64,000 nt of DNA from an uncultured Chitinophagales bacterium (GTDB lineage Bacteria > Bacteroidota > Rhodothermia > Balneolales > HLUCCA01), in contig CAZJZI010000008.1 in assembly GCA_964550435.1 (NCBI GenBank), positions 94 through 64,093 of the forward strand, given 5' to 3'. Shown here one piece after another: positions 39,326 through 49,054 of the stretch (its first letter is position 1; every line of letters begins with the position of its first letter). The notes under the pieces are model-generated. The model was not told where the DNA came from. It saw only the letters and a list, made by a program, of their open reading frames with translations, and did not search any database. A program made the position numbers and the translations under genes.

Positions 39326-41020
39326 ATGGCAACTACTGCTGCAAAAGAAGTAAAAATCAAAGAGTTTCCGGTAGATGAAAATCCACCAAAAAACTATCTG
39401 AACGTCGAAAAAGGTATTAAATCCTGGCTATTTACAATCGATCACAAACGAATTGGATTGATGTACCTGGCCTCTGTAGTACTGTTCTTCGCCGTTGGTG
39501 GATTTCTGGCCTTAACCCTTCGACTTGAACTTTGGGAACCTGCCAGAACCTTCATGGATGCAGACACTTACAACCGAATATTCACACTCCACGGAGCTGT
39601 GATGGTGTTTTTGTTTATTATCCCATCTATTCCAGCTGCACTTGGTAACATCTTCTTACCAATAATGCTTGGTGCCAAGGATGTTGCCTTCCCAAGACTT
39701 AATTTACTAAGCTTCTGGATTTATGGCATTGGATCGTTATTCACTTTGTATTCTATTGCTTACGGAGGAATCGATACCGGTTGGACCTTCTATACACCAT
39801 ATTCAACCACTACCGGTACTGCTGTTATATCTATGACTCTTGGAGTGTTCATTATTGGATTCTCTTCAATTCTGACTGGTGTTAACTTCATTGTTACGAT
39901 ACATAAAATGCGCGCTCCGGGACAAACATGGGGTAAACTTCCGCTGTTCATCTGGAGTTTGTATGCCACGGCAATCATTCAGGTACTTGCAACCCCAGTA
40001 CTAGCAATCACATTGCTCTTGCTAATTATGGAGCGTACACTTGGTATTGGTATTTTCGATCCAGCTCTCGGCGGTGATCCAGTACTGTATCAACACTTTT
40101 TCTGGTTCTATTCACACCCTGCTGTATATATAATGATCGTTCCAGCCTTTGGTGTTATTTCCGAATTGATTTCAACGTTCTCCAGAAAAACGATATTTGG
40201 CTACTGGGCAATAGCTCTTTCAAGTCTTGCAATTGCCTTCATTGGGTTTCTTGTCTGGGGCCACCATATGTTCGTTTCCGGACAAAGTGCATTGTCAACA
40301 GCTGTTTTCTCGTTCTTAACCTTCTTCGTTGGAATTCCAACAGGTATCAAGATCCTGAACTGGGTTGCGACCATGTACAAAGGTTCAATTTCTTTGAAGA
40401 CTCCAATGCTCTACGCACTTATATTTCTGTTTTTGTTCACCATAGGAGGCGTTACTGGAATCATGCTCGGAGCTATTTCAGTTAACGTACACTTACATGA
40501 TACGTACTACGTAGTGGCTCACTTCCACTATGTAATGATGGGTGGTACCGTGTTCGCTTTCCTTGGTGGGTTACACTACTGGTGGCCAAAAATGACTGGA
40601 AAAATGTACAATGAATTCTGGGCTAAAGTCTCGGCAGTCATTTTATTTATTGGATTCAATATGACCTTCTTACCACAGTTTATAATGGGAAGCCAGGGAA
40701 TGCCAAGACGATACTACAACTACGTTGAGCAATTCCAGACTTTGCATCAATATTCTACCGTTGGATCCTGGATTCTTGGTGTTGGATTTATAATCATTGC
40801 GATATACTTGGTGATTTCAATGAGAAGCAAAGAAAAAGCGCCATCCAATCCATGGGGATCAAGATCCCTTGAGTGGATGACTTCTTCTCCTCCAACTCAT
40901 CACAATTTTGATTACACTCCAGTAGTAGTTCATGGTCCGTATGATTACCACCAACCTATCAACGAATTCCGTTTAGGTATTGAAGGTTCTGATCATCCAC
41001 ATGACGAGCATAAAGCCTGA
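39326..41020 (+). CDS. ctaD: Cytochrome c oxidase subunit I
   Basis: 564 aa with [20 protein letters not shown] and [17 protein letters not shown], which carry the haem and CuB ligands. Confidence 0.95.
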   Translation: MATTAAKEVKIKEFPVDENPPKNYLNVEKGIKSWLFTIDHKRIGLMYLASVVLFFAVGGFLALTLRLELWEPARTFMDADTYNRIFTLHGAVMVFLFIIPSIPAALGNIFLPIMLGAKDVAFPRLNLLSFWIYGIGSLFTLYSIAYGGIDTGWTFYTPYSTTTGTAVISMTLGVFIIGFSSILTGVNFIVTIHKMRAPGQTWGKLPLFIWSLYATAIIQVLATPVLAITLLLLIMERTLGIGIFDPALGGDPVLYQHFFWFYSHPAVYIMIVPAFGVISELISTFSRKTIFGYWAIALSSLAIAFIGFLVWGHHMFVSGQSALSTAVFSFLTFFVGIPTGIKILNWVATMYKGSISLKTPMLYALIFLFLFTIGGVTGIMLGAISVNVHLHDTYYVVAHFHYVMMGGTVFAFLGGLHYWWPKMTGKMYNEFWAKVSAVILFIGFNMTFLPQFIMGSQGMPRRYYNYVEQFQTLHQYSTVGSWILGVGFIIIAIYLVISMRSKEKAPSNPWGSRSLEWMTSSPPTHHNFDYTPVVVHGPYDYHQPINEFRLGIEGSDHPHDEHKA

Positions 41021-41062
41021 TACCAACAAAATCAGTTAACTAAGCTAAATAACTAAGCATTC

Positions 41063-41716
41063 ATGGCCAATTCACATTCAACTCATACAGCAAGTCACGT
41101 TGCACATCACTTTGTTGACTCTGAGCAACAGTTTGATTCCGCGAAGTTCGGCATGTGGGTATTTCTTGTAACGGAAATCCTGTTCTTTGGTGGACTTTTC
41201 GTGGCATATATTATCTACCGTGCATGGAATCCGGAATTGTACTTCCTTGCTGCAAAAGAACTAGATACTTTTATGGGTGGTGTAAACACCCTGGTTCTGA
41301 TTGGTAGTTCATTGACCATGGCTTTGGCCATACGCTCAGCTCAACTCAATCAACAGAGAAACATCATTATATATCTGTTGGTAACTATTGGTCTGGCCAT
41401 GACTTTTATGGTAATCAAATACTTTGAGTACACGCATAAGTTTGACATGGGAATCTTTCCCGGTGAATTTTACACGTACGATGGTATCGATCACCCAAAA
41501 GCAGCCATTTTCTTCAGTATCTATTATATGATGACTGGATTACATGGTATCCACGTTCTTATCGGAGTTGGGCTAATGGTGTATCTACTCATTAAAGTAC
41601 GTCAGAACACCTACAACTCAGAGTATTACACTCCAATTGAAATCACTGGCCTTTACTGGCACCTTGTAGATATCATCTGGATATTCCTATTCCCACTGTT
41701 ATATCTAATCGACTAA
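41063..41716 (+). CDS. ctaE: Cytochrome c oxidase subunit III
   Basis: 217 aa with HGIHVLIG and YWHLVDIIWIFLFPLLY. Confidence 0.92.
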   Translation: MANSHSTHTASHVAHHFVDSEQQFDSAKFGMWVFLVTEILFFGGLFVAYIIYRAWNPELYFLAAKELDTFMGGVNTLVLIGSSLTMALAIRSAQLNQQRNIIIYLLVTIGLAMTFMVIKYFEYTHKFDMGIFPGEFYTYDGIDHPKAAIFFSIYYMMTGLHGIHVLIGVGLMVYLLIKVRQNTYNSEYYTPIEITGLYWHLVDIIWIFLFPLLYLID

Positions 41717-41729
41717 GAGGTAAGTAATC

Positions 41730-42032
41730 ATGAGTGGACACCACATTATTTCAATGAAATATTTACTGGGTACGGCTTTTACACTGCTGATACTCACAAT
41801 TTTGACTGTAGCAGTATACTACATTCACATTCCTGAACCATTTAATATCATCGTTGCTATTGCAATTGCTATAGTTAAAGCAACTGTGGTAGCAGCTTTC
41901 TTTATGGGACTGTATTGGGACAAGAAGATCAATACTATAGCCCTTCTCTTTTCATTTCTATTCTTCATCATCATGGTAGGCATTACGATGCTTGATACCA
42001 TGTTCAGAGATGATCCATTCTGGATTTACTAA
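41730..42032 (+). CDS. Cytochrome c oxidase subunit IV (small prokaryotic type)
   Basis: 100 aa with three TM helices, immediately after subunit III. The call rests mainly on position and size. Confidence 0.7.
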   Translation: MSGHHIISMKYLLGTAFTLLILTILTVAVYYIHIPEPFNIIVAIAIAIVKATVVAAFFMGLYWDKKINTIALLFSFLFFIIMVGITMLDTMFRDDPFWIY

Positions 42033-42052
42033 TACCAGATCAATTCTTTAAT

Positions 42053-42086
42053 GGGGCGGTATCACGAGATATCGCCCCTTTTTTTT
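42053..42086 (+). terminator. Rho-independent terminator ending the act-cox operon
   Basis: 11-bp stem GGGGCGGTATC/GATATCGCCCC (one G-T pair) with a 4-nt loop, followed by T8. Confidence 0.8.
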
Positions 42087-42117
42087 GTAATATTTATAGA
42101 GATGGTACCTTAGTATG

Positions 42118-43047
42118 TTAAAAATCACTACCCGCTTCCCTTAAACTGAAGAGTTTAAGTAGAATTAACGATATCAACACTGCAGATCCAACCAAGTGTA
42201 GGACTTGAAAACTTGCTGGCATTCCTGCATAAGCCAAAACTATTCCAACTATTATCTGGGAAATAATAAATCCGAATATCCACATATTCAGCTTATTAAA
42301 GTATCCCTGAATGGATTGTTTAGTAATGTACCAGGTCATCCAAAATGTAATAATTAAAACTGTCCAGGAAAAAGAACGGTGGATTTCATCAATAAGCCCA
42401 ACTCCTGCAAGCCACTCACCTCTTGGTACATAAATCTCTCCTCTGGAAATGATATCTATAGCTTCCCTAACCTGTGTACCTAAAACCATTTGCGCCATTG
42501 TAAACACAAGGAGCAGTGTTGTTGCTACAAGTAAGGGTTTACGATGAGTTGGGCTTATATGTAGTCTTATATCACCAGCTACAGCTTTGAATGAGGCATA
42601 AATCAATAATCCGACAATGATCATGGCCATAATCATGTGTAAAGTGATAACTCCTTCATGTAATCCAGATCTGACCACCTGACCACCCAACCAACCTTGA
42701 AACAGCACACCTATAAAAGCCAAAAATGAAGCCAGAGTAACACTCGGTCTATTTTTTGTATACTTAAAGGATAATAGAAAAGTCGCTGTAATTAATAGCC
42801 CAATTAAAACCCCAATCAAACGATTTATATACTCGGTCCATGTTTTAAATGCATTAAATTCAGCTGGATTATACTCGGAAGGTAACGTATCAACTGACAT
42901 CGGAGGAACCCACAGTCCGTAACACTTCGGCCAATCAGGACAACCTAATCCGGCACCCGATGCACGCACCAATCCCCCGACCAGAATCAAAAATAAGGTA
43001 GCAAATACGGTGACAATTGCTACAATCTGATATTTGTTGAGTTTCAT
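42118..43047 (-). CDS. ctaA: Haem A synthase (COX15/CtaA)
   Basis: 309 aa with 8 TM helices. It has GGLVRASGAGLGCPDWPKC and His residues in the TM helices. Confidence 0.88.
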   Translation of the reverse strand: MKLNKYQIVAIVTVFATLFLILVGGLVRASGAGLGCPDWPKCYGLWVPPMSVDTLPSEYNPAEFNAFKTWTEYINRLIGVLIGLLITATFLLSFKYTKNRPSVTLASFLAFIGVLFQGWLGGQVVRSGLHEGVITLHMIMAMIIVGLLIYASFKAVAGDIRLHISPTHRKPLLVATTLLLVFTMAQMVLGTQVREAIDIISRGEIYVPRGEWLAGVGLIDEIHRSFSWTVLIITFWMTWYITKQSIQGYFNKLNMWIFGFIISQIIVGIVLAYAGMPASFQVLHLVGSAVLISLILLKLFSLREAGSDF

Positions 43048-43221
43048 AAATAATAGTTTTCAGATTAGAATTTTTATAGCACAAATAACGTTATTTAACC
43101 AAAAATCGATCGAATTATTATAAGACTGAAATGTGCCTTCAAGTTAAAAATTTCTTAACTTATAAGCGTTTGAAAATAAACTTCTCGGGCAATTGATTGC
43201 ACGTATTTTTGAAAGTATTTC

Positions 43222-44127
43222 ATGAAAGAAATTGTTGAAGAAACGCAAACTAGTGTTTCGTTTCGAGGGACATTATTAGCGTATTATGAGTTGACAAAAC
43301 CCGGCATTACTTTTATGGTATTGTCGAGTATGACTGTAGGTTTTTTACTAGCTTCTACTTCAGGAATTGATTTTACTGCATTAATCAATGCAATGCTAGG
43401 TACCTACCTTATAGCATCAGGAACAGCTGCTCACAATCAGTATATGGAGCGGAATCTTGATAAATTAATGCTTCGAACAAGCAAGAGACCATTGCCTATG
43501 GACCGTGTACCAGAAGCAAATGCGAAAATATTTTCGCTTTCATTGATATTTATTGGATTATTATATCTCATAATTACCGTTAATCCACTCGCTGGACTTG
43601 TATCTCTGGCTACTTCATTTGTCTATTTAGTACTATATACCCCTCTAAAACAGATATCGTTCTGGAATGTACCTATAGGATCGGTAGCTGGAGCACTTCC
43701 TCCTGTTGGTGGCTGGGCTGCAGCAACCGGAACAATTGTTGATCCAGGACTATGGATACTTTTTGCTATAGTATTCTTCTGGCAAATACCCCACGTGTTA
43801 TCTATTGCATGGTTATGTTATGATGATTACTCAAGAGCTGGATTCAGAATGCTCCCAAGAACTGATGAAACTGGAATCAAGACATCAATATATAGTTTAA
43901 TCTGTCTGGTTTCACTAATCCCTACAGTTTTTGCTCTCTACTACCTTGGTTATAATGGTTTACTCTTTCTTATTCCAAGTATAATCGTGACACTCTGGTT
44001 TCTTTACATGGGATATAAATTTTATTTGCGACCATCTAAAGAGTCTGCGAAAAAGCTCATGTTCGCTTCCATTTTTTATCTGCCAGTGGTCTGGATTCTG
44101 GTATTAATAGACAAACTCTTTTTCTAA
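43222..44127 (+). CDS. ctaB: Protohaem IX farnesyltransferase (haem O synthase)
   Basis: 301 aa with YELTKPGITFMV, NQYMERNLDKLMLRTSKRPLP and a UbiA-family TM pattern. Confidence 0.92.
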   Translation: MKEIVEETQTSVSFRGTLLAYYELTKPGITFMVLSSMTVGFLLASTSGIDFTALINAMLGTYLIASGTAAHNQYMERNLDKLMLRTSKRPLPMDRVPEANAKIFSLSLIFIGLLYLIITVNPLAGLVSLATSFVYLVLYTPLKQISFWNVPIGSVAGALPPVGGWAAATGTIVDPGLWILFAIVFFWQIPHVLSIAWLCYDDYSRAGFRMLPRTDETGIKTSIYSLICLVSLIPTVFALYYLGYNGLLFLIPSIIVTLWFLYMGYKFYLRPSKESAKKLMFASIFYLPVVWILVLIDKLFF

Positions 44128-44163
44128 AGAATCCACTTACACAATATTTATCTCTTAAAAACC

Positions 44164-44199
44164 AAAAAGGGTCGATGGATAATCCAACGACCCTTTTTT
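44164..44199. terminator. Bidirectional rho-independent terminator (ctaB / fumC)
   Basis: A5-GGGTCGATGG/CCAACGACCC-T6: a 10-bp stem with one mismatch and a 5-nt loop, flanked by an A-run and a T-run. It sits between convergent genes. Confidence 0.72.
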
Positions 44200-44221
44200 A
44201 GTTCTATACATTTGGAAAGAT

Positions 44222-45619
44222 TTATTCTGTGAATCCCCCACGTGTCATTACAATCGGATCCAGTGCTTTATCTAATTCCTCAGCAGAAAGATTGGTCATT
44301 TCCAATGCCACGTCTTTAAGTGATCTGTCCTCTTTATATGCTTTTTTTGCAATTTGAGCTGCTAGATCGTACCCAATAATAGGATTCAATGCCGTGACTA
44401 AAATTGGATTTTTGTCAAGTTGCTCGCGCATTCTATCAGCGTTCACAATAATAGCTTTGACGGATTTATCTGCGAGATTTCGACTTACGTTCGAAATGAT
44501 TTTAATTGATTCCAACAAGTTGTGAGCAGCTATTGGAAGCATGACATTCAATTCAAAGTTTCCAGCTTGTCCGGCAATCGTAATCGCAGCATCATTACCG
44601 ATAACCTGAGCGCATACCATTGTTGTAGCCTCCTCAGCCACTGGATTAACTTTCCCTGGCATGATCGATGATCCAGGTTGTAAAGCTGCCAATTGGATGT
44701 CAGCTAATCCACTTTTCGGTCCCGAGTTCATCCATCTGAGATCGTTTGCTATTTTCATCATACTGACTGCAATTGTTTTAAGCTGACCAGATAGCTCTAC
44801 CGGAGCATCAATAGTTGCCTGTGACTCAAAATGGTCTACAGCTTCCATAAATGATACACCAGTCATTGAAGAGATTTCCTTCGCAAAACGTGATCCAAAT
44901 TCACTGTGAGTGTTGATTCCCGTACCTACTGCAGTTCCCCCCTGAGGTAGTTCACTTATTCTAGGAAGCACTGCTCTTACCCGTTCAGTACCAAGCGTTA
45001 GCTGTCGGGCGTAACCACCAAAGACTTGTTTAAACGTTACCGGCATAGCGTCCATCAAGTGTGTACGACCAGTTTTGACCACATCTCCATACTCGTTTGC
45101 TTTAGCGTCAAAAGCCTCTTTGAGATAATTTAATGATGGAATAAGTGAGTGTACAACTTCAAGTACCGCTGCTATTCTAATAGCGGTTGGAATTGCATCA
45201 TTTGAGCTTTGTCCAAAGTTAACATGGTCATTGGGGTGAATTTTAACCTCTACGCCATCGACTTTAGCCATTTCATTGCCACGATTGGCAATTACTTCAT
45301 TGGCATTCATATTTGTTGACGTCCCTGATCCTGTTTGAAAAATATCAATAGGGAAATGGTCATCAAGCTTCCCATCTATGACTTCCTGGGAAGCTTTCTG
45401 GATGTATTGTGCAACAGTTTTATCTACTAGCCCTAGATCTGCATTGACTTTTGCTGCAGCAGATTTAATGTATCCAAGTGCTTTTATGAAAGATCTTCCG
45501 AATCGGATACCGGAAATTGGAAAGTTTTCGACAGCACGCTGAGTTTGTGCGGCATAATATGCTCCAGCGGGTACTTTAACCTCACCCATGGAGTCTTTTT
45601 CAATTCTGAATTCGCTCAT
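44222..45619 (-). CDS. fumC: Class II fumarate hydratase (aspartase/fumarase superfamily)
   Basis: It has the GSSIMPGKVNP signature, HPNDHVNFGQSSND, and the N-terminus RIEKDSMGEVKVPAGAYYAAQTQRAVENF. The start is set at the ATG at 45619 (MSEFRIEK); the track start at 45688 adds 23 unsupported residues. Confidence 0.82.
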   Translation of the reverse strand: MSEFRIEKDSMGEVKVPAGAYYAAQTQRAVENFPISGIRFGRSFIKALGYIKSAAAKVNADLGLVDKTVAQYIQKASQEVIDGKLDDHFPIDIFQTGSGTSTNMNANEVIANRGNEMAKVDGVEVKIHPNDHVNFGQSSNDAIPTAIRIAAVLEVVHSLIPSLNYLKEAFDAKANEYGDVVKTGRTHLMDAMPVTFKQVFGGYARQLTLGTERVRAVLPRISELPQGGTAVGTGINTHSEFGSRFAKEISSMTGVSFMEAVDHFESQATIDAPVELSGQLKTIAVSMMKIANDLRWMNSGPKSGLADIQLAALQPGSSIMPGKVNPVAEEATTMVCAQVIGNDAAITIAGQAGNFELNVMLPIAAHNLLESIKIISNVSRNLADKSVKAIIVNADRMREQLDKNPILVTALNPIIGYDLAAQIAKKAYKEDRSLKDVALEMTNLSAEELDKALDPIVMTRGGFTE

Positions 45620-45641
45620 TGTAGTAATAATTTTTAGGTTC

Positions 45642-45669
45642 AAAAAAAAGGCCCCGCAAATGCGGAGCC
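45642..45669 (-). terminator. Rho-independent terminator after the E1 gene
   Basis: The minus strand reads GGCUCCGC-AUUU-GCGGGGCC (8-bp stem, one G-U) followed by U8. Confidence 0.75.
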
Positions 45670-45706
45670 AATTTGGTATTTCAAACAAGTAACTGACTAC
45701 ATCTGA

Positions 45707-47779
45707 TCAATAATTTCTGAGGTAATCAATTGCTTCTCGAATGTCTTTATCGTTTGGAAGTACATAATCTTCCATTGGATCCGCAAAAGGAATATACGAA
45801 TATTTAGCAGCTACTCGCTTAATCGGAGCATCAAGATATTCGAATGCCTTATCGGCGATTTGTGCAGATATTTCAGATCCAAGCCCGATGAATTCCAAAT
45901 CCTCATGTACTACCAACACTTTGTTGGTTTTTCGTACAGATTCTAAAACCATATCCATATCGAGTGGAACAATACTTCTCAGGTCTATAACTTCGATTTC
46001 ATATCCGTCCTTAGCGTACTCCTTAGCCATATTCAAGCTTTTTTGTACCAAGGCACCGTAAGTAACGATAGTAAGATCTTTACCTTCACGAACCATTTTA
46101 CCTTTTCCGATCTCTATGAGATAATCGGCGTCAGGTTCCGGAGAACGCGAAAATCCTTGCCGATACAATGCCTTATGTTCAAGGAACAAAATTGGATCAT
46201 CAGAACGAATTGCTGTTTTGAGAAGTCCCTTAGCATCTGCTGCTGTGCTGGGTAATACAATTTTAAAGCCTGGAATGTGGCCAAATATTGATTCAATGTT
46301 CTGTGAATGGCATAATCCACCGTGAATGTATCCGCCTATTGGAACACGGATAACCATTGGAGCTCCAAAATGATTATGGGATCTGTATCTTAATGATGGA
46401 ACCTGGTTGCGTAACTGCTGCATAGCAGGCCAAATGTAATCACCAAACTGTATCTCAACCACAGGTTTATATCCTTGAATAGCAAGCCCACATGCTGTTC
46501 CAATAATAGATGCTTCGGCTAGTGGTGAATTATAGCAACGATCTGCCCCATACTTCTCGGTAAGCCCTCTGGTAGCAGTAAACACCCCACCTTTACCACC
46601 TGCAACATCCTCTCCGAAGACAATCACCCGCTCGTCACGAGCCATCTCTTCGTCTATGGCATGGTTTATGGCATCAACAATAACAATCGGTTCACCTGTC
46701 GGTTCTGTGGCTTCGTATTCAAGTCCAAGATCTTTCTCAGAATACATAAAGCGAACACCATCTTCCGGTTTTGGATCATCCTGTTTCAAACACCATTCAG
46801 TATCTGCATCAATTTGCTTACGTACTTCTTCCTTGATAATCTGGAGTTCCGTTTCAGTAGCGATCCCATTCTCGATTAATTTTTCTCCCAATTTCAGGAT
46901 AGGGTCGGATAATCTGTCCTCTTCAAGTTCCTCAGGAGTGCGGTATTTCCTGTGATCATCAGAGCTTGAATGTGGTAGTAATCGTACAACATGTGCATGA
47001 ACCAGTGAAGGGCCCTCTCCTGCTCTGGCTCTCTTTACAGCAGCCTGCATAGCTGCATATGAGTTTAAATAGTCCGTACCATCTACTTCAAATATTTGCA
47101 AATTCTGAAATCCACTTACTGACTTGGAAATACTATGATTGCTAGTCTGTTCAGTTATAGGCACACTGATGGCATATTTATTGTCTTGCACAACAACGAT
47201 TAATGGCGCTTTGATTCTAGTTGCCCAATTAATCATTTCGAAGAAGGTACCCTGAGATGTTGCTCCATCACCAAGAGATACATAAGTTACCTCATCATTA
47301 CCATTTCTCATTGTCCCCTGAGCCACTCCAAGGCTTGGAAGGTACTGTGCACCCAGGGCACTTGAAACTGATACGATTCTTAACTCGCTTGAATTAAAGT
47401 GCGAAGGCATCTGTTTACCGTGAGATGTATCTGTAACCTTAGACAAGTGTGCAGAAAGTAAATCCTTGGAGGTCATTCCCAATCCAAGTGCCAGAGACAT
47501 ATCACGATAATATGGAAGTGCCCAGTCCTTCCCAGGTGTCATATTTTTAGCCGCTGCCATTTGAATGGCCTCGTGTCCAGAGCAGCCAATATGAAAAAAA
47601 CCTTTCCCTTGTTTCAGGAGAATAAGCATTTTGTCATCAAGTCGGCGTGACACGTGCATAGTTCGATAGACCTCAAGTAACTCTTCTTTACTGAAGTTCT
47701 TGATGCTCGCTGATCTAATCTTATATTTTGAAGTCGCAGGCACTAGGGACCCTGCTCTAGTTAACGTCTTTTCACTCAT
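45707..47779 (-). CDS. Fused E1 alpha/beta component of a 2-oxoacid (branched-chain-type) dehydrogenase, TPP-dependent
   Basis: 690 aa. The N-terminal half is E1-alpha-like (LEVYRTMHVSRRLDDKM, GDGATSQG). The C-terminal half is E1-beta / transketolase-like (VIVFGEDVAGGKGGVFTATRGL, NSPLAEASIIG). Confidence 0.88.
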   Translation of the reverse strand: MSEKTLTRAGSLVPATSKYKIRSASIKNFSKEELLEVYRTMHVSRRLDDKMLILLKQGKGFFHIGCSGHEAIQMAAAKNMTPGKDWALPYYRDMSLALGLGMTSKDLLSAHLSKVTDTSHGKQMPSHFNSSELRIVSVSSALGAQYLPSLGVAQGTMRNGNDEVTYVSLGDGATSQGTFFEMINWATRIKAPLIVVVQDNKYAISVPITEQTSNHSISKSVSGFQNLQIFEVDGTDYLNSYAAMQAAVKRARAGEGPSLVHAHVVRLLPHSSSDDHRKYRTPEELEEDRLSDPILKLGEKLIENGIATETELQIIKEEVRKQIDADTEWCLKQDDPKPEDGVRFMYSEKDLGLEYEATEPTGEPIVIVDAINHAIDEEMARDERVIVFGEDVAGGKGGVFTATRGLTEKYGADRCYNSPLAEASIIGTACGLAIQGYKPVVEIQFGDYIWPAMQQLRNQVPSLRYRSHNHFGAPMVIRVPIGGYIHGGLCHSQNIESIFGHIPGFKIVLPSTAADAKGLLKTAIRSDDPILFLEHKALYRQGFSRSPEPDADYLIEIGKGKMVREGKDLTIVTYGALVQKSLNMAKEYAKDGYEIEVIDLRSIVPLDMDMVLESVRKTNKVLVVHEDLEFIGLGSEISAQIADKAFEYLDAPIKRVAAKYSYIPFADPMEDYVLPNDKDIREAIDYLRNY

Positions 47780-47821
47780 GTACTTATAATTTTAAGAGAA
47801 GCGGAGTAAGTTATTGCGTCC

Positions 47822-47859
47822 CAAAAATACAGTTTTTCGTTTGTTCTTACAAACGAAAA
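47822..47859 (-). terminator. Hairpin terminator after the GNAT-like gene
   Basis: Perfect 11-bp stem TTTTCGTTTGT/ACAAACGAAAA (47834..47859) with a 4-nt loop. The minus strand continues ACUGUAUUUUUGG. Confidence 0.6.
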
Positions 47860-47902
47860 CCCACCTTTTACTGACTTTATCAGACCTAGAGATATGCGTA
47901 TC

Positions 47903-49054
47903 TTATTGTTTTTTATAAACGCGATATTTCTTTTCTTCAATAGCACCAAGTCTTACAGCGACATTTATCATGCTCGTGTTGGTTTCGAGTAACCAGCTCA
48001 ATTCAGATGAACTGAAACCACGACGGATACCATTCATGACACTCCGTTGGTGCATCATTGTATCGATACCTTTACCTTGCCATTCAGGAAGAACTCCCAT
48101 TAGAGCAGTTCTGATTTGACGAATTTTATTTTTGTAGTAGAGTAATTTAAATATTCCAAATGGGAACAATCTTCCACCCATTTTTTTAAACACCTGATTC
48201 ATGTCAGGTAATGATATTGAAAATGCGACTGGTTGTCCATCAACTTCGGCAATATGGGCAAAGTCAACATCTATGATCATCTTGAGTTCCTTAACAAGAT
48301 AATCGAACTCTGCTTCAGAAACCGGAGCGAATCCCCAGTTCTTTGCCCACGCTTTGTTAAATATGTCACGAATGACGACTGCTTCAGATTTTAGATTCTT
48401 CAAATTCACATCTCTGATTACCAAATTCGGAAGCCGTCTCTTAACGATTTCGTCTGCACGGTTAATTTTGTCTTTATCCAGATGTACTTCATCTATTCTG
48501 AAAGCCAATAGATCTACTTTTTTCTCGTATCCAGCTGCTTGGATTAGTTTATCGTAATATGGATAATTATATGGCATCATCAGTCCGGGCTCTTTATCAA
48601 ACCCTTCAATTAGCACACCAATCTCACCCATCATACTTGGGCTAAATGGACCATAAATGGTTTTTAGTCCTTTATTCTTAAACCAACCTTCGGCTACTTT
48701 AAATAGTAAATTTGCGACTTGCTGATTATCAATACACTCGAAAAATCCAAAAAAACCGGCTTCTTCATTATTAAACCGATTGAATGCCTTATTGTGTATC
48801 GCGGCTATCCTACCTGCAGGTTTTCCATTAAACTCCGCTACGAATAGTGCCATTTCAGCATCTTTGAAAAAAGGATGATGCTGGGTATCCAGAATCTCTT
48901 TTTGTTGGATTCTGAGTGGAGGAATCCATTGTTCTGCATCTTTGTAAAGCAGATATGGAAACTCTATAAACTTTTTGAAATCTTTTTTGTCGGCTACGAT
49001 AGTAACACTGCTTTGAGAAGGTACTATATCGTTTTTAGCGGCAAAAGATGCCAT
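47903..49054 (-). CDS. GNAT-like acyl-CoA N-acyltransferase (candidate bacterial ceramide synthase-type enzyme)
   Basis: 383 aa. The C-terminal region (GQPVAFSISL .. LMGVLPEWQGKGIDTMMH .. ELSWLLETN) has the GNAT Q/RxxGxG/A acyl-CoA loop. Its start shares one nt with the stop of the upstream AOS gene (TGATG). Confidence 0.65.
   Translation of the reverse strand: MASFAAKNDIVPSQSSVTIVADKKDFKKFIEFPYLLYKDAEQWIPPLRIQQKEILDTQHHPFFKDAEMALFVAEFNGKPAGRIAAIHNKAFNRFNNEEAGFFGFFECIDNQQVANLLFKVAEGWFKNKGLKTIYGPFSPSMMGEIGVLIEGFDKEPGLMMPYNYPYYDKLIQAAGYEKKVDLLAFRIDEVHLDKDKINRADEIVKRRLPNLVIRDVNLKNLKSEAVVIRDIFNKAWAKNWGFAPVSEAEFDYLVKELKMIIDVDFAHIAEVDGQPVAFSISLPDMNQVFKKMGGRLFPFGIFKLLYYKNKIRQIRTALMGVLPEWQGKGIDTMMHQRSVMNGIRRGFSSSELSWLLETNTSMINVAVRLGAIEEKKYRVYKKQ

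Noticed and set aside
44222-45688. Aspartate ammonia-lyase instead of fumarase, and the longer 488-aa ORF
   Set aside because: AQTQRA and HPNDHVNFGQSSND are closer to the FumC versions, so I call it fumC with moderate confidence. The extra 23 N-terminal residues (MFEIPNWLRICGAFFLNLKIITT) precede the conserved MSEFRIEK start and overlap the upstream terminator region.
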